A DNA stretch of 52,522 nucleotides from Bacillota bacterium (GTDB lineage Bacteria; Bacillota; Sulfobacillia; RBS10-35; JAJYVN01): positions 1 to 52,522 of the forward strand of contig JAJYVV010000002.1 in NCBI GenBank assembly GCA_021791815.1, read 5' to 3'. The notes under the pieces are model-generated. The model was not told where the DNA came from. It saw only the letters and a list, made by a program, of their open reading frames with translations, and searched no databases. Position 1 is the first letter of the stretch. The number at the start of each line of letters is the position of its first letter. The position numbers were made by a program, and so were the translations under genes. Below are positions 1-9,119 of the stretch, in pieces.

Positions 1-330
1 TCCGCCCATTCGCGGACAACGACGATGCGTCGGGCGCGCTGCCAGTCCCCGGCCCGGTAGACTCCGGAGGCAACCTCCAGCACGTCGCCCAGGGCCGCGT
101 GGCCAACCGGGCGGTATTCCAGGGCGGCGGCCCAGGCGCTCCAGCCGGCACTTGGCCAGGGTGGCCTAGGCACCGTCGCCGACGAGGCGGAAGCGGTGAT
201 CGGGGAACCAGGCGGTGCGCGACCGGACCATGTCGGCGGGGAGTTCGACGTGGGACGGACCGTCCTCGTGGCAGAGCCGGATGTGGACGGGCCGCGCGTT
301 TCGGTCATGTCGACCACCCGTTTCGGTCCA
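1..330 (-). pseudogene. Decayed DDE-transposase-like remnant, runs off window start
   Basis: Reverse-strand translation gives '..RPVHIRLCHEDGPSHVELPADMVRSRTAWFPDHRFRLVGDGA*' with an in-frame TAG (complement of 166-168). In another frame it gives 'AALGDVLEVASGVYRAGDWQRARRIVVVREWA'. The 'hhhGDGAY' and 'RRhVVV' style peptides resemble IS4/IS701/IS1380-type DDE transposases. At least one frameshift and one stop would have to be repaired. The family call is weak. Confidence 0.25.
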
Positions 331-439
331 GGCGGCCGCCCCTCCCCGCCACCGGCCGCCGCACCCACCCCGGATGGCGTTGTCGTTACTCCTTCAACGT
401 CACCCGAGCCTAACAGAATGGCATATCGTCCCAAATAGC

Positions 440-912
440 CCCGCGCGCCCGTGCTCCAAAGGAACTGCTCGCAAAACCAAGTCGGTCATCGTGGTCGAAG
501 ACCTTTCCGTGCGCGGCCTGATCCGCAATCGGCACCTTTCACGGGCCATTGCGGATGCGGGGTTCGACGGATGCTGGCGTACAAGACAGAATGGTATGGG
601 TCTCGGCTGATCGTCGCCCCTCGCTTTTACCCGTCGACCAAGAGGTGCTCGGCCTGCGGCCACGTCAAGCCAGAGATGCCGCTTGCTGAACGGATCTTCC
701 AGTGCGAGGCGTGCAGGGCAGAGCTCGACCGGGACCTGAACGCGGCGCGGAACCTCGCGTCGCCTGTCGCCGGGAGTTCCCCGGAGACGGTAAACGCCTG
801 TGGAGCGGAAGGCTCTGGCCAGGAGAACGGCCTGGTGACACCGGCCGCTGCGAAGCAGGAACCCTCGAGTCGGAAACGGGCCGCTTCGGCGGTTGGAAAC
901 AAAAGACTATGA
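440..912 (+). pseudogene. tnpB: IS200/IS605-family TnpB (OrfB) 3' fragment, frameshifted and 5'-truncated
   Basis: Frame 2 reads '..KSVIVVEDLSVRGLIRNRHLSRAIADAGF' (RuvC-II Glu). After 2 extra nt near 566, frame 1 reads 'RRMLAYKTEWYGSRLIVAPRFYPSTKRCSACGHVKPEMPLAERIFQCEACRAELDRDLNAARNL..NACGAEG..KQEP'. This carries the CxxC..CxxC zinc ribbon, the RuvC-III Asp and the typical C-terminal tail. Roughly the N-terminal 60% of a normal TnpB is absent. Confidence 0.75.
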
Positions 913-915
913 ACT

Positions 916-1980
916 ATGAGAAGGGGAACGGAATCCATCGTGGCGTTGGACTGGGATCCGCCCGCCATCCGCATCCCGCGGAGCTGGCAACGACGCGGGC
1001 TGGTGCTCCGGCGGCCCGAGGCGCCCGGCTCCTCGGTCGCCGGCGATCCGGCCGTCGTCTGGGACGAGGAAGCCGACCTCTGGCGCATGTTCCTGTTCCT
1101 GGCGCCCGGCGGGCACGGGCACGCCACCTCGGCGGAGGCGCTCCCCGATCCCGGATCCTGGCGGCCGGAGGGCCCGCTGGAGTTCACCAATCCCGGCGAG
1201 CTTCTCGGCCGCACCACCCACAAGCCGTGGGTGGTCACGGAGGCCGGGCGCCCGAACCGCGCCGCGCGGGTGGCGGGCCGCTTCTGGCTGGTCACCGTCA
1301 GCGGCGGGGGGCGCAAGCGGGTTCAGCGGGCGTGGGCCGAACGCCTCCGGGGTCCCTGGACCGTCGAACCCGGACCCCTCATCCCGGTCGGCCGGCCCGG
1401 CGACTTCGACGCACGGCACACCGACGCGGTGACCGGTTACTACTTTCCCGAGCGCCAGGCCTTCCTCTACTTCTACATGGGCTATCCCGACCGGGCCCAG
1501 CCGCGGGCGGGCAGCCCCCACGGCTCCGCCCAGGCCGCCGCGGTGCAGCACCTCGGCGCCCCGGCCGCGACCAAGCTGGGCCTGATCCTGCCCCCGTGTC
1601 CGGAGCCGGGCCATTGGGCCGCGGGCTGGGTCGGCGGGCTCCAGCTCCTGCCGGGGGTCACGACGCGCTGGGTGGGCCTGGTCAACGCTTCGCCCACTCC
1701 CCCCGACCCGGGCGACCCGGCGGTGTCGCGGGAGGAGCCGCCACCCAGCCTGGGCGGGTTCGCCTCGTGCGCCGCGGACTGGCCGGTCGCCGGGTGGCGG
1801 TGGGATGACGCGCCCATCGAGTGGGTGGCCGACATCCCCCCCGAGGCCATCGCCGCAGGGGAAGGGGTCAATCTGTGGCGCCACCACGCGATGGTCCGTC
1901 CGGACGGCTCCCTCGCCCTCTTCTACAACAGCGGCCCCTACGGGCGCGAACAGATCTATGCGAAGGTCGGAGGGCCCTGA
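916..1980 (+). CDS. Hypothetical protein, beta-propeller glycoside-hydrolase-like (GH43/GH130-clan style, tentative)
   Basis: 354-aa ORF with balanced composition. Motifs such as 'GDPAVVWDEEADLWRMFLF' and 'GVNLWRHHAMVRPDGSLALFYNSG' are typical of 5-bladed propeller sugar hydrolases/phosphorylases. The start is uncertain: ATG 916 lacks an SD, and GTG 940 follows 'GAGAAGGGGAA'. Confidence 0.55.
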   Translation: MRRGTESIVALDWDPPAIRIPRSWQRRGLVLRRPEAPGSSVAGDPAVVWDEEADLWRMFLFLAPGGHGHATSAEALPDPGSWRPEGPLEFTNPGELLGRTTHKPWVVTEAGRPNRAARVAGRFWLVTVSGGGRKRVQRAWAERLRGPWTVEPGPLIPVGRPGDFDARHTDAVTGYYFPERQAFLYFYMGYPDRAQPRAGSPHGSAQAAAVQHLGAPAATKLGLILPPCPEPGHWAAGWVGGLQLLPGVTTRWVGLVNASPTPPDPGDPAVSREEPPPSLGGFASCAADWPVAGWRWDDAPIEWVADIPPEAIAAGEGVNLWRHHAMVRPDGSLALFYNSGPYGREQIYAKVGGP

Positions 1981-2043
1981 CGCGGCCGCCGTGTCTCGCC
2001 GGAGGCGCGCGGCGACGGCCGACCCGTCCCGGTCCCGCCCGCG

Positions 2044-2340
2044 GCAGCCGTTTCCGCCTTCGATGCGGAGGCCCGCGTCCTTCTCGTGCAGGGCGCCGAC
2101 AGCCGAGACACGCGGGAACCGGCCGGCGGGGCGATCCGTGAGGCCAGAGAGGAGGCCGGCCCTGACGTCGCTCTGCGGAGCCTCACCGGGGCGTACGGGA
2201 ACGAGGGCGCCCGGCGTCTGTGCCTTTCGTTCCTGGGCCCCCGGTGCCCTCGGGAGCGACCCCCGGCGCCGCCTCGTTCTCCCTGCCCGACGCGGATGCC
2301 GCCAACACGGGCCCGAACCTGCGCATCCGGCGGCACGACG
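2044..2340 (+). pseudogene. NUDIX hydrolase remnant
   Basis: Frame 1 reads 'AEARVLLVQGADSRDTREPAGGAIREAREEAGPDVALRSLTGAYGNEGARRLCLSFLG'. The second half of the Nudix box (REAREEAG) is present, but the Gx5Ex7 half is internally deleted. There is no credible start codon, and the homology-like text changes frame near 2240. Confidence 0.35.
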
Positions 2341-2465
2341 CCTGGGCGTTGCCGCGCGGCGGTGGGCCTCCGCCCCTCCTTTTCGGTGCGCGCCCGGCTC
2401 GCCGCGGGGACCCGGCGCAAGGGGTCGCCGGATGGGCGCCCCCGACGGTGACGTGCCGCGCCGGG

Positions 2466-3170
2466 TCAGGCGGCGCGGGCCCACAGCCGCCGGCCGAGCC
2501 ACAGCGCCAGCAGGGCGATGACCAAGGCGGCCACCTCGGTCACCGCGAGCGCCGCGCGGATGACCGCGTGCGGCGCGGAGACCGCCAGCGCATGCTGGTA
2601 CCAGGCCGCGCCCAGGTCCAGCAGGGTGTGCAGCCCCATGGCGGCGATCAGCCACCGCGCCCGCCCGCTCCACACCGCGTAGCCGTCGATGGTGGCGCTG
2701 GCGGCGTGGAACGTGACGCCCCAGGTGCGCTCCCAGACGGCGATGAGGGCGCCGAGGGCCGTTTCATGCGCGTGGCCGGCGGTGGCTCCGAGCGAGGCGA
2801 CCAGGGTCAGGGCCTCGACGGCGCTGGCGCCGACCCCGAGCGCCAGCGCGGAACCCCGGGCGCGCACGCGGAGCCAGCGGAGGGGGAAGTACTTGCCCAG
2901 TTCCTCGACGACTCCGGGCAGGAGGGCCGCGAAGCCGATGTACCACCAGTGCGACGCGAGGGCGCTGGCGGCCGACGCGGCCTGGCCCCCGCGTCCGGCG
3001 GCGAGCAGGGTCAGCGGCGCGACCACGAGGCTCTTGACCACCTGCGCGGCGAGCCACCCCGCCGCGCCCGCCAGCACGAACCGCCACCAGCCGGTTCCGC
3101 CGGCCCGCGCCGCGATGTAGAGCGCGACCGCACCCACGGCGACGATCCCCGCCACCGCGACCCAGATCAT
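2466..3170 (-). CDS. Polytopic membrane protein, YhfC/CPBP-like intramembrane protease family (tentative)
   Basis: ATG at 3170 is preceded by GGGGAGGGGG with a 6-nt spacer. The 234-aa protein has about 7 hydrophobic segments. 'PGVVEELGKYFPL', 'GHAHETALGAL' and 'WERTWGVTFH' resemble the EExxR / H / ER..H motifs of YhfC-type proteases. The upstream part of the 380-aa track ORF is Arg/Pro/Gly junk. Confidence 0.6.
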   Translation of the reverse strand: MIWVAVAGIVAVGAVALYIAARAGGTGWWRFVLAGAAGWLAAQVVKSLVVAPLTLLAAGRGGQAASAASALASHWWYIGFAALLPGVVEELGKYFPLRWLRVRARGSALALGVGASAVEALTLVASLGATAGHAHETALGALIAVWERTWGVTFHAASATIDGYAVWSGRARWLIAAMGLHTLLDLGAAWYQHALAVSAPHAVIRAALAVTEVAALVIALLALWLGRRLWARAA

Positions 3171-3689
3171 GCGGCGCCCCCTCCCCGGCCGGGGTTCGCC
3201 CGGCCGGCCGCGCGAACCTCGCGTCGGGATGGACAGGTCCGGGCGGGAGCCGAGGCGCCCGCGACGCCCGGCGCAACCCCGGTCGTCCTCGCCCGCCATC
3301 CGACCGGGGGGGACGACCCGCGCGGGTCCGGCGCCCGTCCCGGGCACGGGCCCCTGCCCTGGACGGATCTCCCCTGCGTTCCAAGCCATCGTTCGGGGTA
3401 GGGAGCGCCTCGCCCTGCACCGGGTCCCTGAGCCCAGCGGCGTGGGGCGGACCGCGACCGAGTGGCCTTTCGCGCGGGCCGCACCGCTGATGCTGCTCCC
3501 CGGTGGCGATGGGCGGGATGCGCGCGTCGCGCCCGCGCCGCGGGTCAAGGAAATAAATGCCTGGAAATATGTACATTCCCCTGCGCGCAGATGCCGTATA
3601 TGCGCCAAGTGACACTATTCGACGGCCCCCGGTGCGTATACTCGGCTGCGGAAAGCGGGTTCCAGCGACCGGGTCGCGGAGGTGCGACC

Positions 3690-4997
3690 ATGCCGGACCG
3701 TCGGGCGGCCCAGATTGTCTTCGACGCCTCGCTCCGGGTCCGGGAGTCCGATGCCGAGGCCATGTCCCTCAGCGGGGGGCGTGCGCTCGCCGGGACGCAC
3801 CTCCGGGACCTCCTGCCGCACCTGGTGGGCGGCGACATCGACTTCCTCCCCACCTTCGACCGCGTTCCCGTCAGCCACTGCCGCCAATTCCTGACTGCCC
3901 GCGGCCTATCGGCATGGTTGTTCCACTTCGACGGCGACGGCCAGGGGTTCGTCTGCCACTTCGAGCCCCTGGAGCGCAGCGTGGGATTCGCCCAGGAGGC
4001 GGACACCCCCATCTTCGTCACCGCCTTTCGCGACCGCGTGGTGTACACGAACCGCGCGCTGGCCGACCGCCTCCCCCGCGGGCGCGACGTCACGGCGAGC
4101 ATCCGCCTGGAGGAGATCGCCGACTTCTTCGGCATGGACGCCCGCATCGCGGCCCACATGGCCCACCGCGCGGGGGGCGGCGAGACGCTCAGCCACGAGG
4201 TCGAGGGCTGCGGCGGCCCCACCATTATCCAGAGCGCCCCCCTGCGCTACTTCGGCCGCGTCTGCGCCTCCCTGTGGTCGGTCCACGAGTCGGCGGGCTC
4301 GCGGGCACACGACCGGGAGGCCCTGACGGCCCTGGCCGCCCGGCTCGCCGCGATGTATCAGCACGAGATGCGGAATCCGCTGCAGGCGGTGCAGGCGGCG
4401 ATCGCCATCATGCGCCGGAGGGACGGCGACGGGACCTATGGCGCCATGCTGGATGTCATGGAGCGCAACGTGGCGACGTTGTCGGAGATCCTCTCGGACC
4501 GACTGGTGCCGCCGGAGACGCACGGACCGAAGGAGTCCGTCCTGCTGTCGGCCGTCGTCAGCCGGGCGATCGCCGACGCGAAGGTGCGCCAGAGTTCACA
4601 CCTGCTGTCGTTCGTGCATGAGATCCCACCCGGCGAGCCGCCGATCCGATGCCACGGTCCGGGGATGACCCGGGTCTTCGCCAACCTTTTCCGCAACACG
4701 GCACAGGTCCGGCCCGACGCGGAGGTGCGGATCTCCTACCGCACCGACGGCGCAGGCCTGTGGTGCGTCGTGGAGGACAACGGGCCGGGCTTTCCTCCGG
4801 ACGTGTTGGGCGGCACCGGGCCGCCCGCCGATCCGACCCGGCACTTCGGCCTCGTGCTCGTCACGGCGACCGTCGAGGGCAACGGCGGGCGCGTCGTCCT
4901 CGAGAACGCGACGGCGGGCGGGGCCCGGGTGGCCCTGTGGCTGCCGCTGGCGGCACCGGCCGGGGCCCATCAGACGGGCGGCGTCCTCGCCGTGTAG
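3690..4997 (+). CDS. Soluble sensor histidine kinase (PAS-like N-terminus, HisKA + HATPase_c)
   Basis: ATG 3690 is preceded by GGAGGTG. H-box 'AAMYQHEMRNPLQAVQAA', N-box 'FANLFRNTAQV', G1 'VEDNGPGF' and G2 'GLVLVTATVEG' are present. No TM segments are apparent. Confidence 0.85.
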   Translation: MPDRRAAQIVFDASLRVRESDAEAMSLSGGRALAGTHLRDLLPHLVGGDIDFLPTFDRVPVSHCRQFLTARGLSAWLFHFDGDGQGFVCHFEPLERSVGFAQEADTPIFVTAFRDRVVYTNRALADRLPRGRDVTASIRLEEIADFFGMDARIAAHMAHRAGGGETLSHEVEGCGGPTIIQSAPLRYFGRVCASLWSVHESAGSRAHDREALTALAARLAAMYQHEMRNPLQAVQAAIAIMRRRDGDGTYGAMLDVMERNVATLSEILSDRLVPPETHGPKESVLLSAVVSRAIADAKVRQSSHLLSFVHEIPPGEPPIRCHGPGMTRVFANLFRNTAQVRPDAEVRISYRTDGAGLWCVVEDNGPGFPPDVLGGTGPPADPTRHFGLVLVTATVEGNGGRVVLENATAGGARVALWLPLAAPAGAHQTGGVLAV

Positions 4998-5000
4998 CCG

Positions 5001-5020
5001 GCGCGGGGGCCACCCCGCGT
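5001..5020. terminator. GC hairpin in 22-nt gap between convergent genes
   Basis: GCGGGG-GCCA-CCCCGC stem-loop (about 5003-5018) lies between the HK stop (4995-4997) and the MTase stop (5020-5022). There is no U-tract. Confidence 0.3.
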
Positions 5021-6150
5021 CACGGCGCCGCCGCATCGCCGGCCGGCGGCCCGCCGCCCTCCCCGTCCACCACATACAGATCGAACGCCGCCCGCTCGGG
5101 CAGGGCCAGGAGCCGGCGCCGCGTGACCTCGATGGCTGGCGCGCCGGCATCGCAGCCGATCCATCGCCGGCCCAACCGGTCCGCCACGGCCAGGGTGGTG
5201 CCCGAGCCGCAGAAGAAATCGGCCACGAGGTCGCCCGGGTTCGACGAGGCTTCGATGATCCGGCGCAGGAGGCTTTCGTTCTTCTGCGTCTCGAACCCGG
5301 TCTTCTCGCTGGAGAAGCTCTTGATCTGGATGGAGTCGAGCGAAGCCGCGCCCGTCAGCGCGGCCTCGGCGGCGTTCGCGTTCCACACATCCTCCATCGG
5401 ATGGCCCTTGCCCTCCTTCCCGCCCCGCCGGCTGTAGCCGGGGAGGTGGGGGACGTAGGCCTTGTGGAAGGTGAACTCCTTGGGGTGCTTGGTGTAGAAC
5501 AGGATGGTGTCGTGGTTGCGCACCCAGTTCCGGACGGCGCTCTTGTAGCCCGAGATCCAACCGATGCGCCAGATGATTTCGCGCTGGAAGCAGTTCAGGC
5601 CGTAAATTTCGTCCAGCAGCACCTTGACGTAATGGACGGCCGAGGCGTCGAGGTGGATGTAGAAGGACCCGTGCGGCGCGAGGAGGTCCCGCATGAGGCG
5701 CAGCCGGGGCGCGAGCATGTCCAGGTAGCCCCGCAGGCCGCCGGTCCAACGGTCCGAGTATGCCGCGCGGGCGACGCCGTCCTGCCGCACGACGTAATCG
5801 GCGTCGGAGGCGAAGGGCGGGTCGACGTAGATGAGGTCGATGCGGCCACCGAACTCCCGCCGCAGCGCGGACATGACCCCCAGGTTGTCCCCGTGGAAGA
5901 GTCGATTCGGCGGTGCCGCTGCGGCCGACGGCCGAGGGGGGGCCGCGTCCAGGGGCAGCAGGGCGGCGGCTCGCGGCGTGCCCCGCGGCGCGGGATGCGT
6001 TTCCGCCGCCGCCGGCAGGGCGGTCGGGGGAGGATCGGCGCGCTGCGAGAGCGCCGTCCACACGAGGCGGGGTCCCGGGTCGCCCTGGGATGGGTCCGTC
6101 GTCGGCGGGCTTGCGGCGCCTGCTTCACACACGCCCGCCTGGTTCTCCAT
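5020..6150 (-). CDS. Site-specific DNA methyltransferase, beta-class amino-MTase (N6-adenine or N4-cytosine)
   Basis: 'NRLFHGDNLGVM..IDLIYVDPPFASDADY' (motif IV, DPPF) comes before 'GDLVADFFCGSGTTLAVADRLGRRWIGCD' (motif I), which is the beta-class order. ATG 6150 is the first in-frame start outside the overlap with junk. The first ~80 aa are Pro/Ala-rich, so the true start may lie further downstream. Confidence 0.85.
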   Translation of the reverse strand: MENQAGVCEAGAASPPTTDPSQGDPGPRLVWTALSQRADPPPTALPAAAETHPAPRGTPRAAALLPLDAAPPRPSAAAAPPNRLFHGDNLGVMSALRREFGGRIDLIYVDPPFASDADYVVRQDGVARAAYSDRWTGGLRGYLDMLAPRLRLMRDLLAPHGSFYIHLDASAVHYVKVLLDEIYGLNCFQREIIWRIGWISGYKSAVRNWVRNHDTILFYTKHPKEFTFHKAYVPHLPGYSRRGGKEGKGHPMEDVWNANAAEAALTGAASLDSIQIKSFSSEKTGFETQKNESLLRRIIEASSNPGDLVADFFCGSGTTLAVADRLGRRWIGCDAGAPAIEVTRRRLLALPERAAFDLYVVDGEGGGPPAGDAAAP

Positions 6151-6577
6151 CCGGTGGGGCCGTTCCCCTCGCCCATCCGGAGTTCCGAGGGTGCCGACCG
6201 GTGAGCGGCGAACCTGGGGCGCTGCGGATCTCCAGTCCCGATTCCGCCACGGTCTCGCAGCGGATGATCCACGCGTATGCGGTCCAGCCCCCGACCCATC
6301 CCGACCGCGGGCACCGCCCGTCGGTGGCGGTGCACCCTGAAGCTCGGCCTCCCGGCGGCGCATGGACCGGCGGACGGACCGCGAGTTCCCGGCGCTCCAT
6401 CCCTGGCCGCCCGCGCGGGCTCCCCCCGGTGGCGGATGCCGCCCACGCCGGCCGGCGGGGCGCGGGCCCGCAGGGGACTGCCGCCCCGTGGCCGGCGCGC
6501 CACGACCGGATCCGGAGATGGCCGCGCGCCGGGATCGCGCCCGGCCGCCCGACCCCGACCCCGGAGGAGGACCCCCG

Positions 6578-7948
6578 TTGGACCGTGGATGGCAGGTGGC
6601 CCCGCCCCGCGTGGCCCTCGCCGCCTTTGGGCGCCCGACGTTCGACCTGCGCGCGGGCGAAGCCGTCCTGGCGCGCAGCCGAGACGCCGTGGCCGCCCTG
6701 CCCGTCGAGCTCGCCGCGGCTCCCCCCGGCCTCCTGACCGACCCCGCCGCCGCGACGGCGTTCGGGCGCCGCTGCGCGGAGGCGGCTCCGGACCTCCTGG
6801 TCTGCCAGCTGACGACATTTGTCGACGCGCGGCTGCCGGTCGCCCTCGCCGATGTCCTGCCGGCTGGCGTGCCCGTGCTGCTCTGGGCGCTCCGCGAGCC
6901 CGGGGGGGTGGGTTCGCGCCTGTCCCTCAACTCGCTGACCGGATGCAACCTGGCGGGCCACGAGTTGTCCCGCCGCGGGCGCTTCTTCCGCTTCGTGCTC
7001 GGCGACCCGGGCGACGCGCGGGTCGGACAGCGCATCGCGGCCTTGGCGCGCGCCGCCGCGGCCCGTTCGTGGCTCCGCGGTTTCGCTGTCCTCGTCCTCG
7101 GGGCGGCCCCCGACGGCTTCTTTTTCAGTTCGCCCTCGCCGGAGGCGGCCGCCGCCCTCGGCCTGCGCATCGAACGCCTGTCGCTGGACGACCTGTTCGC
7201 CGCCCTCCCCGCGGTGCCGGACGGCGCGTGGCGCGGCGTGGTGGACGGCGTGCGGGGCCAGGTGGCCGGGCTGGACGCCCTACCCCCCGCGCAGGTGGAG
7301 CGGTTCGGGCGGCTGCAGGCGGTGGTGGAGCGGGAGGTGGCCGTGCGCGGCGCCGCGGCCGTGGCGGTGCGGTGCTGGCCGGAGTTCTTCACCGGGCTGG
7401 GCGCGGCGGCCTGTTCGTTCGTCAGCGCCCTGAACGAGCGGGGCGTGGCCGCCTCGTGCGAGGCGGACGTGCTGGGGGCGCTGACCATGGGGCTCCTGGG
7501 GCGCCTCGCCGGGACCCCGCCCTACCTCGGGGACCTCGCTGCCTGCGACGAGGAGCGCGACGCGGCCGTGTTCTGGCACTGCGGCGCGGGGGCGTTCAGC
7601 CTGGCGGCGCCGTCCGCGGGGGCCCGGGCCGGCGTCCACCCCAACCGGGGCTTGGGCTTCACGCTGGAGTTCGCGCTGCGGCCCGGCCGGGTGACGCTGG
7701 CCCGCCTGGGGGAGGGGCCGGGCGGCCTGCGGCTGCTGCTCGGCGAGGGCGAGGCGCTCGACGCGCCCCAGCGGTTCCTCGGCACGGCGGCGACCGTGCG
7801 CCTCGACGGGCCCGGCCCGATCGGGGACCGTGTGGCCCGCCTGGTCGAGGGCGGGTGGGAGCCGCATTACGCCCTCGCCTACGGGGACGTGGCCGCGGAG
7901 ATGAAGGACGTGGCGGCGCTGCTCGGCCTGCCGGTGACCGCGATGTGA
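6578..7948 (+). CDS. L-fucose/L-arabinose isomerase family protein
   Basis: TTG 6578 lies 7 nt after GGAGGAGG. 'VRCWPEFFTGLGAAACSFVSALNERGVAASCEADVLGALTMGLL..FWHCGAG' matches the FucI-like C-terminal domain pattern. Alternative starts are ATG 6518 and GTG 6596. Confidence 0.75.
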   Translation: MDRGWQVAPPRVALAAFGRPTFDLRAGEAVLARSRDAVAALPVELAAAPPGLLTDPAAATAFGRRCAEAAPDLLVCQLTTFVDARLPVALADVLPAGVPVLLWALREPGGVGSRLSLNSLTGCNLAGHELSRRGRFFRFVLGDPGDARVGQRIAALARAAAARSWLRGFAVLVLGAAPDGFFFSSPSPEAAAALGLRIERLSLDDLFAALPAVPDGAWRGVVDGVRGQVAGLDALPPAQVERFGRLQAVVEREVAVRGAAAVAVRCWPEFFTGLGAAACSFVSALNERGVAASCEADVLGALTMGLLGRLAGTPPYLGDLAACDEERDAAVFWHCGAGAFSLAAPSAGARAGVHPNRGLGFTLEFALRPGRVTLARLGEGPGGLRLLLGEGEALDAPQRFLGTAATVRLDGPGPIGDRVARLVEGGWEPHYALAYGDVAAEMKDVAALLGLPVTAM

Positions 7949-7978
7949 GCGGGCGGGGCACCGGCGCCCCGCCCGCGA

Positions 7979-9070
7979 TCAGTGCGCGATGCCGCGGCGC
8001 AGCGCGGGGATGCCGGCCGCCACGCCGCCGACGGCGAACAGGGCCAGCACCAGGATGCGGCGGCCCGCCGCCGGGTCGGACCCGTAGAGCAGCGCGCCGC
8101 GGAGCAGGGCCGTCGCATAGGTCAGCGGCATCGCGCGCGCCACGCCGTGGAGCCACTCCGGCAGGTAGGCGAGGGCGGTGATGCCGCCGCCCAGGAAGAA
8201 CAGGTAGAAGGCCAGGTTGATCGACACCGGCACGACGCGGTCCTGGATGCGCAGCCCCGCGGCGATGGCGACGCCCAGCCCGGCCGCGAACGTGGCCAGG
8301 AGGATCATCGCCGCCAGGGTGAGCGCCGCCTGCGCCGGCGGCGGGGGCACGAGCAGGCCGGCCGCCAGGCCCGCGCCGACGGCCACCAGACCCACGGCCA
8401 TCGCGGCGAGGACGCCGGCCGCCACCTTGCCCGCGACCACGGCGCCGGCCGGGACCGGCGAGAGCAGCAACTCCTTGACGCTGCCCGTCTGCCACTCCGC
8501 GACGGCGCCCAGCCCGGCGTTCACCACCCCGGCCTGGAGGAGGAGGAGCGCCAGCACGGGGACGAGCTGGTAGGCGACGAGGCTCGGCTCGTGGGCGTGG
8601 AGGTCCGTCTCCCGCAGCGCCACCCTCACGGGGTCCGGTCCGGCGGCGCCGCTGCGCAGGAAGGCGCTCAGGACGTCGGGGAGCCCGCGGCGCAGGTCGT
8701 TGGTGGAGTCGAGGTTGAAGTTCCGCACCTGCCAGGTGACCGCGGGGTGCAGGCCGGCGGCGAGGGCGGCGGAGAAGCCCGCCGGGACGGTGAGCACGGC
8801 CGCGACCTGCAGGCGGCCGAAGGCGGCCTCCGCGGCGGCGGCAGTCATCGTCCGTGCACGGAAGCCGTTGTAGCCCAAGGCGTCGCCGACCAGGGTCGAC
8901 GCCGCCGCGCCGCCGGGGTCGAGATTCACGACGGCCACCGGGTACGAGCCGACCGCGCCCGCCTCGAGCAGCAGCACCAGGACCAGCACCAGCGCCGGCA
9001 CGATGGTCACGATGAGCGCCACCGGCCGGCGGAGCAGCACCGCGAGGTCCTTCTTCACGATCGCCCACAC
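7979..9070 (-). CDS. ABC-2 type transporter permease
   Basis: 363 aa. GTG start 9 nt after GGGAGG. N-terminal TM, large extracytoplasmic loop, then 5 TM segments. 'EWQTGSVKELLLSPV' is the ABC-2 signature region. Confidence 0.85.
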   Translation of the reverse strand: MWAIVKKDLAVLLRRPVALIVTIVPALVLVLVLLLEAGAVGSYPVAVVNLDPGGAAASTLVGDALGYNGFRARTMTAAAAEAAFGRLQVAAVLTVPAGFSAALAAGLHPAVTWQVRNFNLDSTNDLRRGLPDVLSAFLRSGAAGPDPVRVALRETDLHAHEPSLVAYQLVPVLALLLLQAGVVNAGLGAVAEWQTGSVKELLLSPVPAGAVVAGKVAAGVLAAMAVGLVAVGAGLAAGLLVPPPPAQAALTLAAMILLATFAAGLGVAIAAGLRIQDRVVPVSINLAFYLFFLGGGITALAYLPEWLHGVARAMPLTYATALLRGALLYGSDPAAGRRILVLALFAVGGVAAGIPALRRGIAH

Positions 9071-9119
9071 CGGTCCTCGCCTCCCAGGCCCATGCGCCTC
9101 AGGCTGCGGCCGCGCGGCC

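Noticed and set aside
3541-3650. AT-richer island upstream of the histidine kinase with GGAA-N9-TTCC, an ATGTACAT core and TATATG/TATACT hexamers
   Set aside because: It is probably the divergent promoter region. I could not pair any -10-like hexamer with a -35 element at 16-18 nt spacing, and the inverted repeat has only 4 bp per arm, so no specific site is claimed.
5020-7488. 822-aa version of the methyltransferase ORF, and a search for a restriction-endonuclease partner around it
   Set aside because: The upstream 446 aa are Ser/Arg/Pro/Ala-rich and lie antisense to the well-supported fucose-isomerase-family gene. No ORF with nuclease-like motifs (PD-(D/E)XK, HNH, GIY-YIG) could be seen in 4998-6577.
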